The notes under the pieces were generated by a model that ran no database searches, was not told the origin of the DNA, and saw only the letters and a list, made by a program, of their open reading frames with translations. From Paramoeba atlantica (lineage: Eukaryota > Protista > Discosea): a stretch of 64,000 bases of DNA. Of the stretch, positions 45,517-56,639 are shown one piece after another (within the stretch, counting starts at the first letter, position 1; every line of letters starts with the position of its first letter). The position numbers and the translations under genes are program-made. The stretch spans positions 1,116,001 to 1,180,000 of the forward strand of contig CDRNVI010000012.1 in the NCBI GenBank assembly GCA_977017575.1, read 5' to 3'.

Positions 45517-47946
45517 ATGAGTTTTAGATTTATTGCGTTTCGCGGTCTTCGCACGGATACAGCAACGAAGCCTCCACTCAACATTGATAGCATTCTTCGG
45601 CGTTGTTCCGAAATACAAACCTCGGATCAAGCAGTTTCGATGCTCCAACTCTATATGAGCGGCAACGGGTCAAATGGGGACGTGTTAAAGAAAAAGAAGA
45701 CGATCTTTACGATTGTACAACGTCTCCCTGTCTCTGCACGTGGAGATTTGTTGGCTTCATATCTTACTCAACTTGGTTTGGTCCAACACGATGTCTTTTG
45801 CTCCCTTGAATGTCACGTGGGCCCCCTGGCTTTGATAGCTCAGATACGCATTTGTCAGGATGTCGAAGATCTCAAAATATTATGGAATCGTCTGTGTGCG
45901 TTTCTTCGAAAACAAGAATCACCAAAAGTATTGGACCATTTACACCACAATGTACGTAATAAAAGCACATTCTATTTCCTCTCCGATGAGAAAAAATCGC
46001 TTTCACACAGCTCAACGAACATCGAAAGCTCCGGGTTTTCTTCCGTCAAAACGGAATCTGTTGTCGAAGCCTTCAGTCATATTTTTGATATAGTTCTACG
46101 TCAACATCAACATGATCTTTCTTTGGAGTTGATTGACGATTTTTATAATCTATTTTGTACTAGGCTTTCTGAAATCTCTCTGCAAAATCTTGTTACGTCC
46201 TTCACAGAGCACGTAGTTTACGACATGATGACTGAAGGAATTTCACCCCAAAAGGTGGAATATGTTGCACGCCGCATTCTGCCATCCTCCAAGAACAGTT
46301 CTGACATCCCAGGGAAACAGCCGAAATATTTACAGGACGACAATGTGAAAACGACGAATTCACATGAGCGTATATCAGGCATCGAAAATAATGAGAATAT
46401 GCTTCGACCTAGAACTCTTTCAATGTTCTTTCTTTTGCAAGGGTACACTAATCAAATAGACCGACTTGAAGAACTTTGGGATCTGTGCCGTCTCCGAGGT
46501 CTTTTGCTACCGACAAAACCGGTTTGCCTTTCCATTGTAAATGGTTGTCGTTTTCTTCTTGGGGGCTATTCACTGAATGCGGAGATAAGAGATCAGTCGC
46601 GTATCCCCCGTGTGATGGATATACTCCACGATTTGTACCAAATATTACGTTCTTCTGAGCAGAACCGTTTGGATTCAAAGGATTTCGATGAATTCTTGTG
46701 CTCCCTTATAGACGCTTTAAGCGATATTCAAGAATTTTCTGTTAAATTAAAAAGAGTTGCATATAGAGATTCAAAAAAGGTTGCACCTTTAGTCAATTTA
46801 GAGCAGAACTATAGCACCGCAATAAACTTTCTGTCCGAAATATTTCTTGACAACGAGTTTGTACGCCGTCTTTCTCGCGAATATTATCTACGATTGCTAC
46901 GAACTCTGGGGATTTCTGATTACGACAAATGGGCTTTACGCATTCTCGAAGAGATACGTCGACAAGGATACGTATTTAGCACAGTAAAGGAACGTGGGTG
47001 GCTCTTGCAGGCATTGCAATGGCGTTCCATTCCTTCCAAAAAGCTGAACCCTTCCGCGGTGCAGGCGAAGTCAATTGCTCTGCCTTCAAAATTGCCTGCA
47101 AGCTCTACGTACACTTCTATAAGACTTCCTGTGATACCTTCATTTACGTGTATTGACGGAATTCTGCTTGATCAGGAGGCCCCATGCCGAAATGCCAGAC
47201 GTCCGTACACTTCGGAGGACCCTTTCCGCTCTACCTCCGGGGTAGACAAAGATGACTTGAGACTTACAACGTTACTAGCGCAATATTACTTGCGCGCCGC
47301 AATACGATGCGGCCTGTGGTACGGAATACGCGCGCAAAAGCAAATTGGCAACGCTACATGTACATCTTTAGAGGGCCACATTCGTACTCTTTTGCTAGAA
47401 ATGCGAAACACACATCCCTACCTCACCACCCGCATGCTTCGGCAATTGCGAATGAATTGCGATAAATTACAGTCCAGTACGGATCCCACTGAGAAGGGCT
47501 GGACTCCTTTCTCAGTGTTTGCGAAGTGGAAGCATGAACTCGAAAAGCAATTAATAGCAGACTCTTCTATCCAAAAAACTACGGAAACACCGGAACTGGT
47601 CGACAGTTGCACTACACTGACGCTCAGTGATAAGATCTTGAGTCATAAACAGAATAGTGGAAATATGTCGCCGACAAACGCGTTGTTGATGTCATTCGGA
47701 GATGAAATTGTCTTGTGCTCTCTTTGGGCTTCTAGGCAGCTTGACGCTTCTCGTAGCATGGCACAACACTTTGCCAAGAAGACTGTTTCTCCGTCAAAGA
47801 TGCCAAATAAGATAATTTTAGAATCAGAACCGAACAAATTCGACCAGCTTTTGCTCCATTGTTTAAGAAAGCAAACGGAAGATTTGCTATTTATTTGGAG
47901 TTCCAAAGTTCTTAACGGTTTCTTACGAGACGAAAATTTTAAATAA
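45517..47946 (+). CDS. Hypothetical protein, 809 aa, probably mitochondrial (possible degenerate PPR-like helices)
   Basis: Presequence-like MSFRFIAFRGLRT; long intact ORF. Confidence 0.75.
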   Translation: MSFRFIAFRGLRTDTATKPPLNIDSILRRCSEIQTSDQAVSMLQLYMSGNGSNGDVLKKKKTIFTIVQRLPVSARGDLLASYLTQLGLVQHDVFCSLECHVGPLALIAQIRICQDVEDLKILWNRLCAFLRKQESPKVLDHLHHNVRNKSTFYFLSDEKKSLSHSSTNIESSGFSSVKTESVVEAFSHIFDIVLRQHQHDLSLELIDDFYNLFCTRLSEISLQNLVTSFTEHVVYDMMTEGISPQKVEYVARRILPSSKNSSDIPGKQPKYLQDDNVKTTNSHERISGIENNENMLRPRTLSMFFLLQGYTNQIDRLEELWDLCRLRGLLLPTKPVCLSIVNGCRFLLGGYSLNAEIRDQSRIPRVMDILHDLYQILRSSEQNRLDSKDFDEFLCSLIDALSDIQEFSVKLKRVAYRDSKKVAPLVNLEQNYSTAINFLSEIFLDNEFVRRLSREYYLRLLRTLGISDYDKWALRILEEIRRQGYVFSTVKERGWLLQALQWRSIPSKKLNPSAVQAKSIALPSKLPASSTYTSIRLPVIPSFTCIDGILLDQEAPCRNARRPYTSEDPFRSTSGVDKDDLRLTTLLAQYYLRAAIRCGLWYGIRAQKQIGNATCTSLEGHIRTLLLEMRNTHPYLTTRMLRQLRMNCDKLQSSTDPTEKGWTPFSVFAKWKHELEKQLIADSSIQKTTETPELVDSCTTLTLSDKILSHKQNSGNMSPTNALLMSFGDEIVLCSLWASRQLDASRSMAQHFAKKTVSPSKMPNKIILESEPNKFDQLLLHCLRKQTEDLLFIWSSKVLNGFLRDENFK

Positions 47947-48544
47947 TTATTTTATTAACAAATATTTTAAGCGTTCTGCTGCCTTGTTTCTACAAATATT
48001 TTTGAAACATTAATTCGCACCTCTAGGTCCAAAGGACACTTTGGAGTGAAACCTAAAGTTTTATTCCACCCACTATCTTAGCTTTGCTAGGGACTCTTGC
48101 CGCGTAACTTTTTGTCCTCACTCTAAGCGTTGCTTTCTACCAAAACCGGGCAACGCTAGGATACGGGGGGTAAATCTAAGATTGGTAGGGAAGGTGTCCA
48201 GAAAACATGTGGAGGACAGTAACAGATGCCTATGTCACTTTCTCACAGCTATGGCGCCATTCGATTCGACGGCTATTGTGCCGTTCAAAGACGCAATGCG
48301 CAGATACTGCATGCTGCAAAATGAAACTGGTCAGTCTACGACGTGCAAACGGGTGTAATCAATTTTGGAATGTAATAATCTTAATAGCGATACAGTGTTC
48401 CCTAGTTTTGATTTCATCATGCAATTGTTGTAAAGCAATTAAGGAACAATTAAGGGGGTTTACATAACGTCATCTGCATTGACGTTCTTCCATCAAAACG
48501 GAAAAGCAAAACTATTTTTTACGTTACCTTTCTTCTTAATCCGA

Positions 48545-49183
48545 ATGCACATTTTTTGTCCCACTTGCCGAGTGTACAAAGCTCATGGCGCTGACGAGAG
48601 CTCTACTTCACCTTTGATCCGACCGGGACGTATTCGTGGAGCCGCCCTACCGGCGCAATATGCCTTGCACCTGTTCATCCGGAACATCTCCAACCCCCAT
48701 CCCACGTGGAGGGCCGATGCTCCGCCTTCATCGTGGCACGGAGTCGAAGTCGACTTTAACACAGAATCTGTACGTAGCCTCACTTGGATCAATTTAGGCT
48801 TACAGGGAATGCTTCCCTGGTGTGACTGCCCACCCGCACTGGAAAAGTTGAATTTTTGTCGCAATGAGCTCAGCGGCTCCGTTGATTTTGCTGAACTTCC
48901 CGCCAAACTGCGCTTGTTTGCGATTTCGATTAATATGTTTAGCGGGGAGCTCTGTTTTGAGGGAATACCGCCCTCGATAAAGGTATTACAACTGAGTTCA
49001 AACCGGTTTTATGGAAAAGTTGATCTTAGTCCTCTGCTTGGGAGACCGATTCGCCTAGATCTCAGTCAAAATTTTCTTACGGATATTTTTCCTAAAGTAT
49101 CCTTCTCCGGTATAACAATTGGAGTACAATGTAATGAACAGATACATAATTTCTGTTTTTCGGTATCTACTTCTTTTGTATGA
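48545..49183 (+). CDS. LRR protein
   Basis: SNPHPTW..PSSWHGV cap and about 4 LRRs. Confidence 0.82.
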   Translation: MHIFCPTCRVYKAHGADESSTSPLIRPGRIRGAALPAQYALHLFIRNISNPHPTWRADAPPSSWHGVEVDFNTESVRSLTWINLGLQGMLPWCDCPPALEKLNFCRNELSGSVDFAELPAKLRLFAISINMFSGELCFEGIPPSIKVLQLSSNRFYGKVDLSPLLGRPIRLDLSQNFLTDIFPKVSFSGITIGVQCNEQIHNFCFSVSTSFV

Positions 49184-49547
49184 TATACATACTATACTGC
49201 TTCTGTATGACTTTGGGAATTACCAGAAGAAAAGGATCACTGAAATTGAGTGACTGAACCCTATATACATGTATGCACTGAAAATGGCCGTCTATCCTCC
49301 TGAATGCAGTCACACTATTTAGCAGTATTGTTTCCATAATTTTAATTAAGAAGGGAGGCAACTGGCTAATCTGCCGTATTCTTCCATATTCTGCCGATCG
49401 CTGTCCTATTCGGCCTCAGAGGTCAAAAAAATTTATCGAATCCAAAAACCTTTTTGCGGTTCACTTTCGAATTCTGCCATATTCTGTCAATCACCACAGA
49501 CGCGTTGCCCCCCCTCTAAGTTCCGCACTGTACGTGTATCTAATTTA

Positions 49548-50795
49548 CAGTGGTCGTCACTATTCTCAGAATCCGTAATTGAACATTGAAAGGATTTTTT
49601 GATTCTCATTCTCATTTTCGCGACTATTCCCATTTTCGTGTTGATTTTGCCGTTGAACGTTGACAATAAATAGAAAAGAAGTAGAAAAAAATCTTTGGGT
49701 CACCTGCACTCAAACTGTACTCAAAAATACGTTTTTTCAAAACAAATGTTCCCTTCGACCAAATTTCCTTTCAAAGTCGTTCTGAGCGCTATCCACTGTG
49801 CGTGCGCTGGCCAAATGAAGTAGAATACAAGCTTGTAATGTCGCACGATCCCGAGTCTTTACCAATTTCCAGTGGGTAAGATCCATCATTCTTCCTTCTT
49901 GCTCCGTAACTGTTACGAACCAGTAGCCTGTTACGTGCTGACGCCTCCCACGGTTGTACTTACATTTTCCAATAAACGTTTCGTCAACCTGCATCCGGGC
50001 AAATTTTTAGTTTGAAGTCTTCTCCTGATGCGGGGCTGCGTTGCCAAGCGCTCGAATAATTTTCTGCACCACCTTCCGTTGCACTCCACGGTTCTGGTAA
50101 ATCTGCCCAGTACACAAATGGTTTGCGGCGTCTGCCCAAAGAAGTTCGTGTGAAGAGGATCGGAGAGAATTTGCTAATTCGGGCCCGACACAGGCTTCTC
50201 TCATTCGGAAGACGGTGTTGGCAAACCATCATGTCGGGCTTTCCTGGCACATATTGGAGATAGTCCGCCCCATGGAAGTAGCACGCGGCATTTTCAAACA
50301 GGCCATGTGATCTCATCCAGGTTATGGCATCCTCGCCTTGCGGAACACAGCCAATGCTTCGCCACCCCCGAACACAAACAAATCTGGTACACCCCGAGCA
50401 AAGTCGTCTCGCTCGCAAATTTCGCCATACTCTATTTTGAACAACGGGTTGAGTACGAGGTTTCGGATTATTTCCATACAATGCTGTCTCATGTGGAACA
50501 CGCTCTATGACACGATCAAACGCCTCAAGGAACATCATTATGAGTCGATCGGCCTCATTAATTGAGTCGGTCGTGTTCATTTTGGTCTTCTGGCGGGTAC
50601 AATAGGTGTCCCTAGGTATAATAAACCGGACTGTGGTTTACAAATTTTTGCCCAAATTGCACAACAGGGTCCCTTTTGATCCATTCTCATTCTCATTTTC
50701 AAGGCCCTTTTTGAGCTGAACGTTGACACGATAATTTGTCATTCTTGAGAGGGTCATTCTCATTTTCGTGACTGTCATATTGGTGACGATCACTG
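49548..50795 (-). mobile_element. Merlin/IS1595(ISXO2)-like transposase relic inside TA-flanked CAGT TIRs
   Basis: TA|CAGTGGTCGTCAC ... GTGACGATCACTG|TA. ORF 49984-50580 (Cys-rich Zn-ribbon-like) is frameshifted to 49737-49994 QVDETFIGKCKYNRGR..YWFV. Confidence 0.75.
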
Positions 50796-50824
50796 TAGCT
50801 GTTTTTAAAATATACAGGGGTGGG

Positions 50825-51519
50825 CATTCATGCGTGATATTTCGCCGGTAACAACCGTAAAAGTAGTGGGAACGGTGTGGTGTGTGTACGCCACGAAAGC
50901 AGTACGCTTAGCGTACTCCCGGTATCACGTATGCACATTCCAAAACCCCTTGAGCGCGCTTGGGCTTTGACGAGGTGAAGAGAAACCATGCATTACACAT
51001 CACTTTCCCTATTATCATCAGTCCTTTCTGGACTTTCTGTATGTCCTTTCTTTTCTTGTGATGAGTCTTACGCTTCTCAGGCAACCCTCTTCTGAGTAAC
51101 CTGAAGAAAATGAGCACCGAACCCATATATGCACCTGAAAGTCACTATCTTTGCTCTAAAATGCAGTTATACAAATTGGGTCTATGCTGCATTTTTCAAT
51201 TCTACATTATTTATTTTTTCTCCTACTCAAAATGCTTGCTTGTTTTTCACCACAACCTGTGCAGTACCTTTCAAAATTATTTGTCTCATCGGTTCTTACG
51301 ACCTTTGCGAAGTCGCGCCGCTTCAGAGATGAGATATTCCTGAACATTCATGCGTGATACTTCGCCGGTAACAACCGTAAAAGTAGTGGAAACGGTGTGG
51401 CGTGCGTACGCCACGAAAGCAGTACGCTTAGCGTACTCCCGGTACCACGTATGCACATTCCAAATCCCCTTCAGCCTCTTGGGCCATGACGAGGTGAAGA
51501 GAAACCATGCATTACACAT
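50825..51519. repeat. Two further copies of the ~230-bp repeat plus an 81-bp repeat (51060-51140 = 52861-52941)
   Basis: Direct sequence comparison. Confidence 0.88.
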
Positions 51520-51593
51520 CACTTTCCATATTCGTTTCCGTCTAATGTAATAATCTTTTAGAATATACCACATTCCGCTTTAACACTTCTGTA

Positions 51594-51751
51594 AAAGGGG
51601 GGTTCGTCTACGTATTATTAACAACCATCTACTATTAACAATGGTACTATTTCATCTATTAACATTCATCTATTATTACCAAACATTATTATTATTAATA
51701 ATAATATTATTAACAAAAAAGTTTGTTAATAATAGACGAACCCCCCCTTTA
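51594..51751. mobile_element. Small MITE-like element
   Basis: AAAGGGGGGTTCGTCTA ... TAGACGAACCCCCCCTTT around an AT-rich interior; TSD unclear. Confidence 0.65.
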
Positions 51752-51914
51752 GCTAGGTACCATTGCCTGGGGCAATGTTATGATGTTCCATGCGTTTTTT
51801 AGCGTCTCCCCCCCCTAAAAATTTTGTAGACTCCGGAAAAATGAATCAATTTTCTTTTTCAAAATTTTGACGTAACTTTAATTACATCTTCTTCCATTAT
51901 TACGGTTTCCGCCA

Positions 51915-52532
51915 TTATTCTATTAGAATCATCAAGAATAGGTAAGGCGCCAGTACATCGTGTGAAGTTCCATTTTCTGTCGAAAACCGTTCCGCTTCTC
52001 CATAGGGTGTCCTAACGTATGATGTTAAACCCTCGTATATGCTCAAGGTTACTTTAGTGAGACTTTCTGGTATATGAAAAGCTCTTAGAGCATCTTTTAT
52101 TGCCGAGAAGGTGACAGAGGGAAACGCTTGTTTAAAGTCGACGAACGCAATGGCGACGCCTTTGCCTCTTGTGGCTTTGGTGGCTATTTCCACGAAGGTT
52201 GCTTGGGCACCTGCAGTGGATCTGTGTGGGCGAAACCCAACCTGATTAGAGCGCTGCATGTTTTCAACAACTGGCTGTATGCACCCTAAAACCATCCTAT
52301 TCATTATTTTCACAACGTGGTTGACAATGCATACTGGTCACCAGTTTGAGAACTCGTTCAGATTGCCCTTCTTCGGGGGTGGGACTTGTAGAATAGTTTT
52401 CCATTTCTCCACAGCAACTCCGGTTCTCATTACGTCGTTCATAATATTTAGCAACGTACCCAGTAAAGATTCACTTTGAGCCAGAGCTCGAAGAGCCTCT
52501 ATAGGGATATCATCAGATCCAGACGCCTTTCC
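51915..52532 (-). pseudogene. Non-LTR retrotransposon reverse transcriptase fragment
   Basis: GKASGSDDIPIE..QVPPPKKG..NW*PVC..QVGFRPHRST..AFVDFKQAFPSV..DVLAPYLF; in-frame TGA at 52338-52340; QG motif lost. Confidence 0.85.
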
Positions 52533-52973
52533 AAACCCCCTCTACCGATGAGCCACCACGCGAGATTCTCAACACTGCTCCCCTACATGGTCCTCCAGAT
52601 TTTCGATACGCATGTACGCTGACGGAGTACTTTAATAAAGTTCAAGAACGCCAAGAAAATGAAAAAAAAAGAAGTCGATGCAATGGGCGAAGGGTAATAT
52701 ACTGAATAAACGAAGTTTTTCTTTGTTTTCAAAAAAAGTACCTCAAAAAAATCTCATGAAAAGTTAACCTTCCTGTAGCTACTTAACATTCTTGTAGCTA
52801 CTTAATATTCCCCACGGAATGTTAAGCCGGAGTGGTTTAATATTTTGTTCCTTTCTTTCTGATGAGTCTTACGCTTCTCAGGCAACCCTCTTCTGAATAA
52901 CCTGAAGAAAATGAGCACCGAACCCATATATGCACCTGAAAAATATATATTTCATACCAGCTTAACATTTGTC

Positions 52974-54385
52974 TTATTGCGGTGGTTGTATAACTACCGC
53001 TCTACTCTCGATTATTGCGGTGGTTGTATAACTACCGCTCTACCCTCGATTATTGAAAAAAGGTGAACAAAAACAGTGAAAATATAAAGAGGAACACAGT
53101 AATATAATAGAAGAAAAAATATAAAAGGGGGCTCCGGTGGTCCAAAACTGAAAAAAAGAATTCGAAAAAATGGGGGGGGGGGAGCCAAGGGGGGGGGCAT
53201 ACGTCGCGAAATTTTTTTCGATTTTTTTGCTTTTCAAAATCGAGCGCAGGGAAGTGGTAGAGTAGGCCGCGGCGATGACTTTCCACCCCCCCCAGGGGGT
53301 ACCCCCCCTGGTACGCGCGAGAGGGGTCCGACAAGGTCAAAAATTCTGAAATTTTTGGGATGACCCAAAAAACTATTTTTGATCCAAAACAAAATAGAAA
53401 TATTCTTTTTCCAGAATCGACTCCTAAAAAGCATTTTAAGAGTTTAGGACCTCAGCTACCGTTCTGCGACATTGTTTTCGATAGATTCGTCCCCTACCCC
53501 TACTGGTAAGACATCAAAAACGGCCCAAATTCGGGTTAAAATTTCGTAATTTTTGCCGAGAAATCGAGCTTTTTCCCCGAAAAAAGTAGATTTTTCATGA
53601 TCTTTTGGAGATTTTTCTTTTTTAGGCTCTTCGTTAAACGCCAAAATTGCGCAAAAATGGGTAATTTTAGACCTCCCCAGCACCTGATTTGCACGCCTGT
53701 ATAACTACCGCTCTACCCTCTATTATTGAAAAAAAACAGTGAAAAAAATATAAAGAGGAACACAGTAATGTAATAGAAGAAAAATGTGTATTAAAGAGGG
53801 CCCCGGTGGTCCAAAACTCAAAAAAAAATTGAAAAAATGAGGGGTGGGGCATACGTCACGAAACTTTTTTCGAATTTTTTGCTTTTCAAAATCGAGCGCC
53901 GGGAAGTGGTAGAGTATGTCGCGGGGATAATTTTCCACCCCCCCACCTCGGGGTTTTCCACCCCCCCCCCTGGTACGCGCAGTAAGGGTCCGACAAGTTC
54001 GAAAATTCTGAAATTTTTGGGGTGACCCCCAAAAAAAAAATTGATCAAAAACAAAATAAGAACAATATTTTTCCAAAAATCGACTCCTAAAACGTATTTT
54101 GAGAGTTTGGAACCTCAGCTACCATTCTACGACTTTTTTTCGAGAGATTCGCCTCCTGCCCCTACTGGTAAGGTAGCAAACGTGGCACAAATTTTAGTTA
54201 CAATTTCGCAATTTTCGCCGAAAAATCGAGCGTTTTCACCCAAAATAGATTTTTCATGATCTTTTGGCGATTTTTCTTTTTTATGCTCTTCGTTAAACGC
54301 GGAGGTAGTTTTCAACGCGAAGCGCGCAGCATGAGTGACTTCTAAGTTGAAAACAACCACCGCGTTTAACGAAGAGTCTAAATTA
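52974..54385 (+). repeat. Two tandem ~670-bp units of the hairpin-ended repeat family
   Basis: Units 52974-53641 and about 53698-54385. Left end TTATTGCGGTGGTTGTATAACTACCGC (38-bp tandem duplication); 91-bp hairpin at 54286-54376. Ends match 4631-4900 and 5846-5937 in reverse orientation. Confidence 0.88.
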
Positions 54386-54683
54386 AAATACGCTTCTTTG
54401 AACACCTTTTTTCGATCGTTGAACATGAACATGTAAACCACAGTTCAGTTTACCATACCTATACCCCCGCAATATGTTGGGGGGTATATTACTGTGTCCA
54501 CTCCGTTTTGCTATACCCATCCTCCGACAGTAATATCTAAAATCTTAGAAAAGGCCTGACGGAAAAAGTATTTACAAAAAATAAAGGAGATTTCGCGTCT
54601 TTTGACCCTAAACTGGCTTTTTCATAAAATTCGTAAACAAATTTTGCAATAAGTCGCCCCGCTAAGCTAATAGTCCTAACCTG

Positions 54684-55430
54684 ATGCATGCATTTTCGGA
54701 ACACGACGCTATTACTCGTAAAGGAAAAGTGCGTTCTTTTCTCGTTCCTTCTCCTGAGGCCCAGCTGTGGGAATTCGCAAAGCATTTTGACGCCCCCATC
54801 CCGAGTTGGAACGTTAAAACCCCGATAGAGAGCTGGTATGGAATTTTTTACGGAGATAAAATTTGGAGAGTAGAATATTCGTTCCCCCAACTTGGTGGTG
54901 TGCTACGCTTGGAAGTTTTGCCAAGAGGTGTAACTCACTTGTCTCTCACACGTTGTGGCCTGCGGGGACAACTAAACCTAGATGATCTCCCTGGGGGTAC
55001 GGTTGATCTTCATCTCAATAAAAACTTTTTTTCTGGACCCATTTCGTTAGACTTACTTCCTGTAACCCTTCAAATCTTGAATCTTTCGAATAACAGGTTA
55101 TGTGGTTCTTTGTCATTCGACTTATTACCACTATCTTTATTAAAAGTATATTTGCAAAGCAACATTTTCGGAGGTGCTTTTAGGCTACATGAGGTTCCTG
55201 ACACGGTACGCGTTTTAGATTTGAGTAGCAATCGCCTCATGGGATTAGTCAATGTGACAAGCTTTTCGACTCAGAAAAATCAAATTATTAAACTGAGCAG
55301 AAATGAACTCCTTTTCGAGCCTGACATCACGCATCCCAACATTGAAAAGGAGCTACACTCTGACTTTGAACTTTTCCTAATTTCGGCGTCTGTCATTTCA
55401 TGGGTATTTCTTGCCATTTATGCCACTTAA
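54684..55430 (+). CDS. LRR protein with C-terminal hydrophobic segment
   Basis: RKGKV..PSW..PIESWYGI cap, about 5 LRRs, terminal LFLISASVISWVFLAIYAT. Confidence 0.85.
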   Translation: MHAFSEHDAITRKGKVRSFLVPSPEAQLWEFAKHFDAPIPSWNVKTPIESWYGIFYGDKIWRVEYSFPQLGGVLRLEVLPRGVTHLSLTRCGLRGQLNLDDLPGGTVDLHLNKNFFSGPISLDLLPVTLQILNLSNNRLCGSLSFDLLPLSLLKVYLQSNIFGGAFRLHEVPDTVRVLDLSSNRLMGLVNVTSFSTQKNQIIKLSRNELLFEPDITHPNIEKELHSDFELFLISASVISWVFLAIYAT

Positions 55431-55700
55431 CGTTATCGAAAATTTTACCTTTATCGTAAAATTAACGTTATCGAAAATGATGATACAGACGCTGATCAAC
55501 TACTATTTGCGCTTACTTACATAACTTACAACTTGTAGCTTTCCTTCAATTTATCTTTCCTTAATTTATCGTTCCCGTAATATTTACGGGCACTGTACAA
55601 ATTTTTGCGAGCACTGCGCTTACAAGAACGTACAACGTACTCACCTTTTTCTCACACCCATCCCGAATTCTCCCCTTTCCCTTTTACTACCACTTCCCCC

Positions 55701-56456
55701 ATGCACGCAACACGCCTTTCTTCCCTCTCTAACCGCTACACCCTATCCCACCCTCCCCTCCCCACCTCACTCCAACACTTCACCCCTTCCCTTTTCTCCT
55801 TTTCTCGCCCCCGACTCCCACCTCTCTTTTCCCCTCGCATCACCTTTCCCCTCCCTCGTATCGCCTCCCCCTCCCCCTCCTCCCCCTACACCTTTTCCCT
55901 CCCCCCCTACTCCACCACAACCCCCACACGCCATCCCACAACCCCCTCCTCCCCCTCCTCCCCCCGCCCCCCTCTCGAGCCCATGCCCACCAAGGACCGC
56001 TACCCCCCACCCGGGTACAACCCCCACGACCCCCGCACCCCCCTCGCCCTCCTCATCGACGGCTCCACCCTCTCCCCCGCGACCTACGCGGACCGCCTCC
56101 CCCTCCTCACCCACCCCCGCGACCCCCACCCCCGCGGCACCACCTACCTCCCCCTCCTCCACCGCGTCTTCGCCCACACCCTCCCCCCGGACTGGGCCGT
56201 CCCCCTCCCCGCCCTCGGCGTCTCCCCCGAGCCCTTCCGCGTCGAGTCCTTCCTCCCGGTCCGGATGCAGATGGGGGCGGACGCCCACCACCTGGTCGAG
56301 TTCACGGCGGACAACAAGTACCGCGCGGTAGGCTTCGTGTGTGTGGCCGAGGACCGGGGGTATTTCGAAAAGGTGGCGTGGGGGCTGCGGGGGTACGGGG
56401 TGGAGTTCCTGGTGCTGGACAGCGCGGGGGAGTTGAGTGTGCAGAGGGAGGGGTGA
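55701..56456 (+). CDS. Putative mitochondrial protein with degenerate NYN/PIN-like domain
   Basis: Presequence MHATRLSSLSNRY; ALLIDGSTL ... GADAHHLVEF ... LRGYGVEFLVL resembles NYN strand/helix order. Confidence 0.55.
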   Translation: MHATRLSSLSNRYTLSHPPLPTSLQHFTPSLFSFSRPRLPPLFSPRITFPLPRIASPSPSSPYTFSLPPYSTTTPTRHPTTPSSPSSPRPPLEPMPTKDRYPPPGYNPHDPRTPLALLIDGSTLSPATYADRLPLLTHPRDPHPRGTTYLPLLHRVFAHTLPPDWAVPLPALGVSPEPFRVESFLPVRMQMGADAHHLVEFTADNKYRAVGFVCVAEDRGYFEKVAWGLRGYGVEFLVLDSAGELSVQREG

Positions 56457-56639
56457 ATGGGGAGGGGGGAGGGGGGGTAGAGGATGAGAAGGGTAGAGGA
56501 GGAACAGAAAAGAGGCGGGTGGTTTTGATGGAAAGTTTTGCTTTGTCGTTTTTTGTAACATGATAGGGAGGGGTAGAATTTTCTTTTTTTATTGAATCTC
56601 CTGTCTTGGTACTTACATTTGCCCCCCTCCCTTGTTTGC

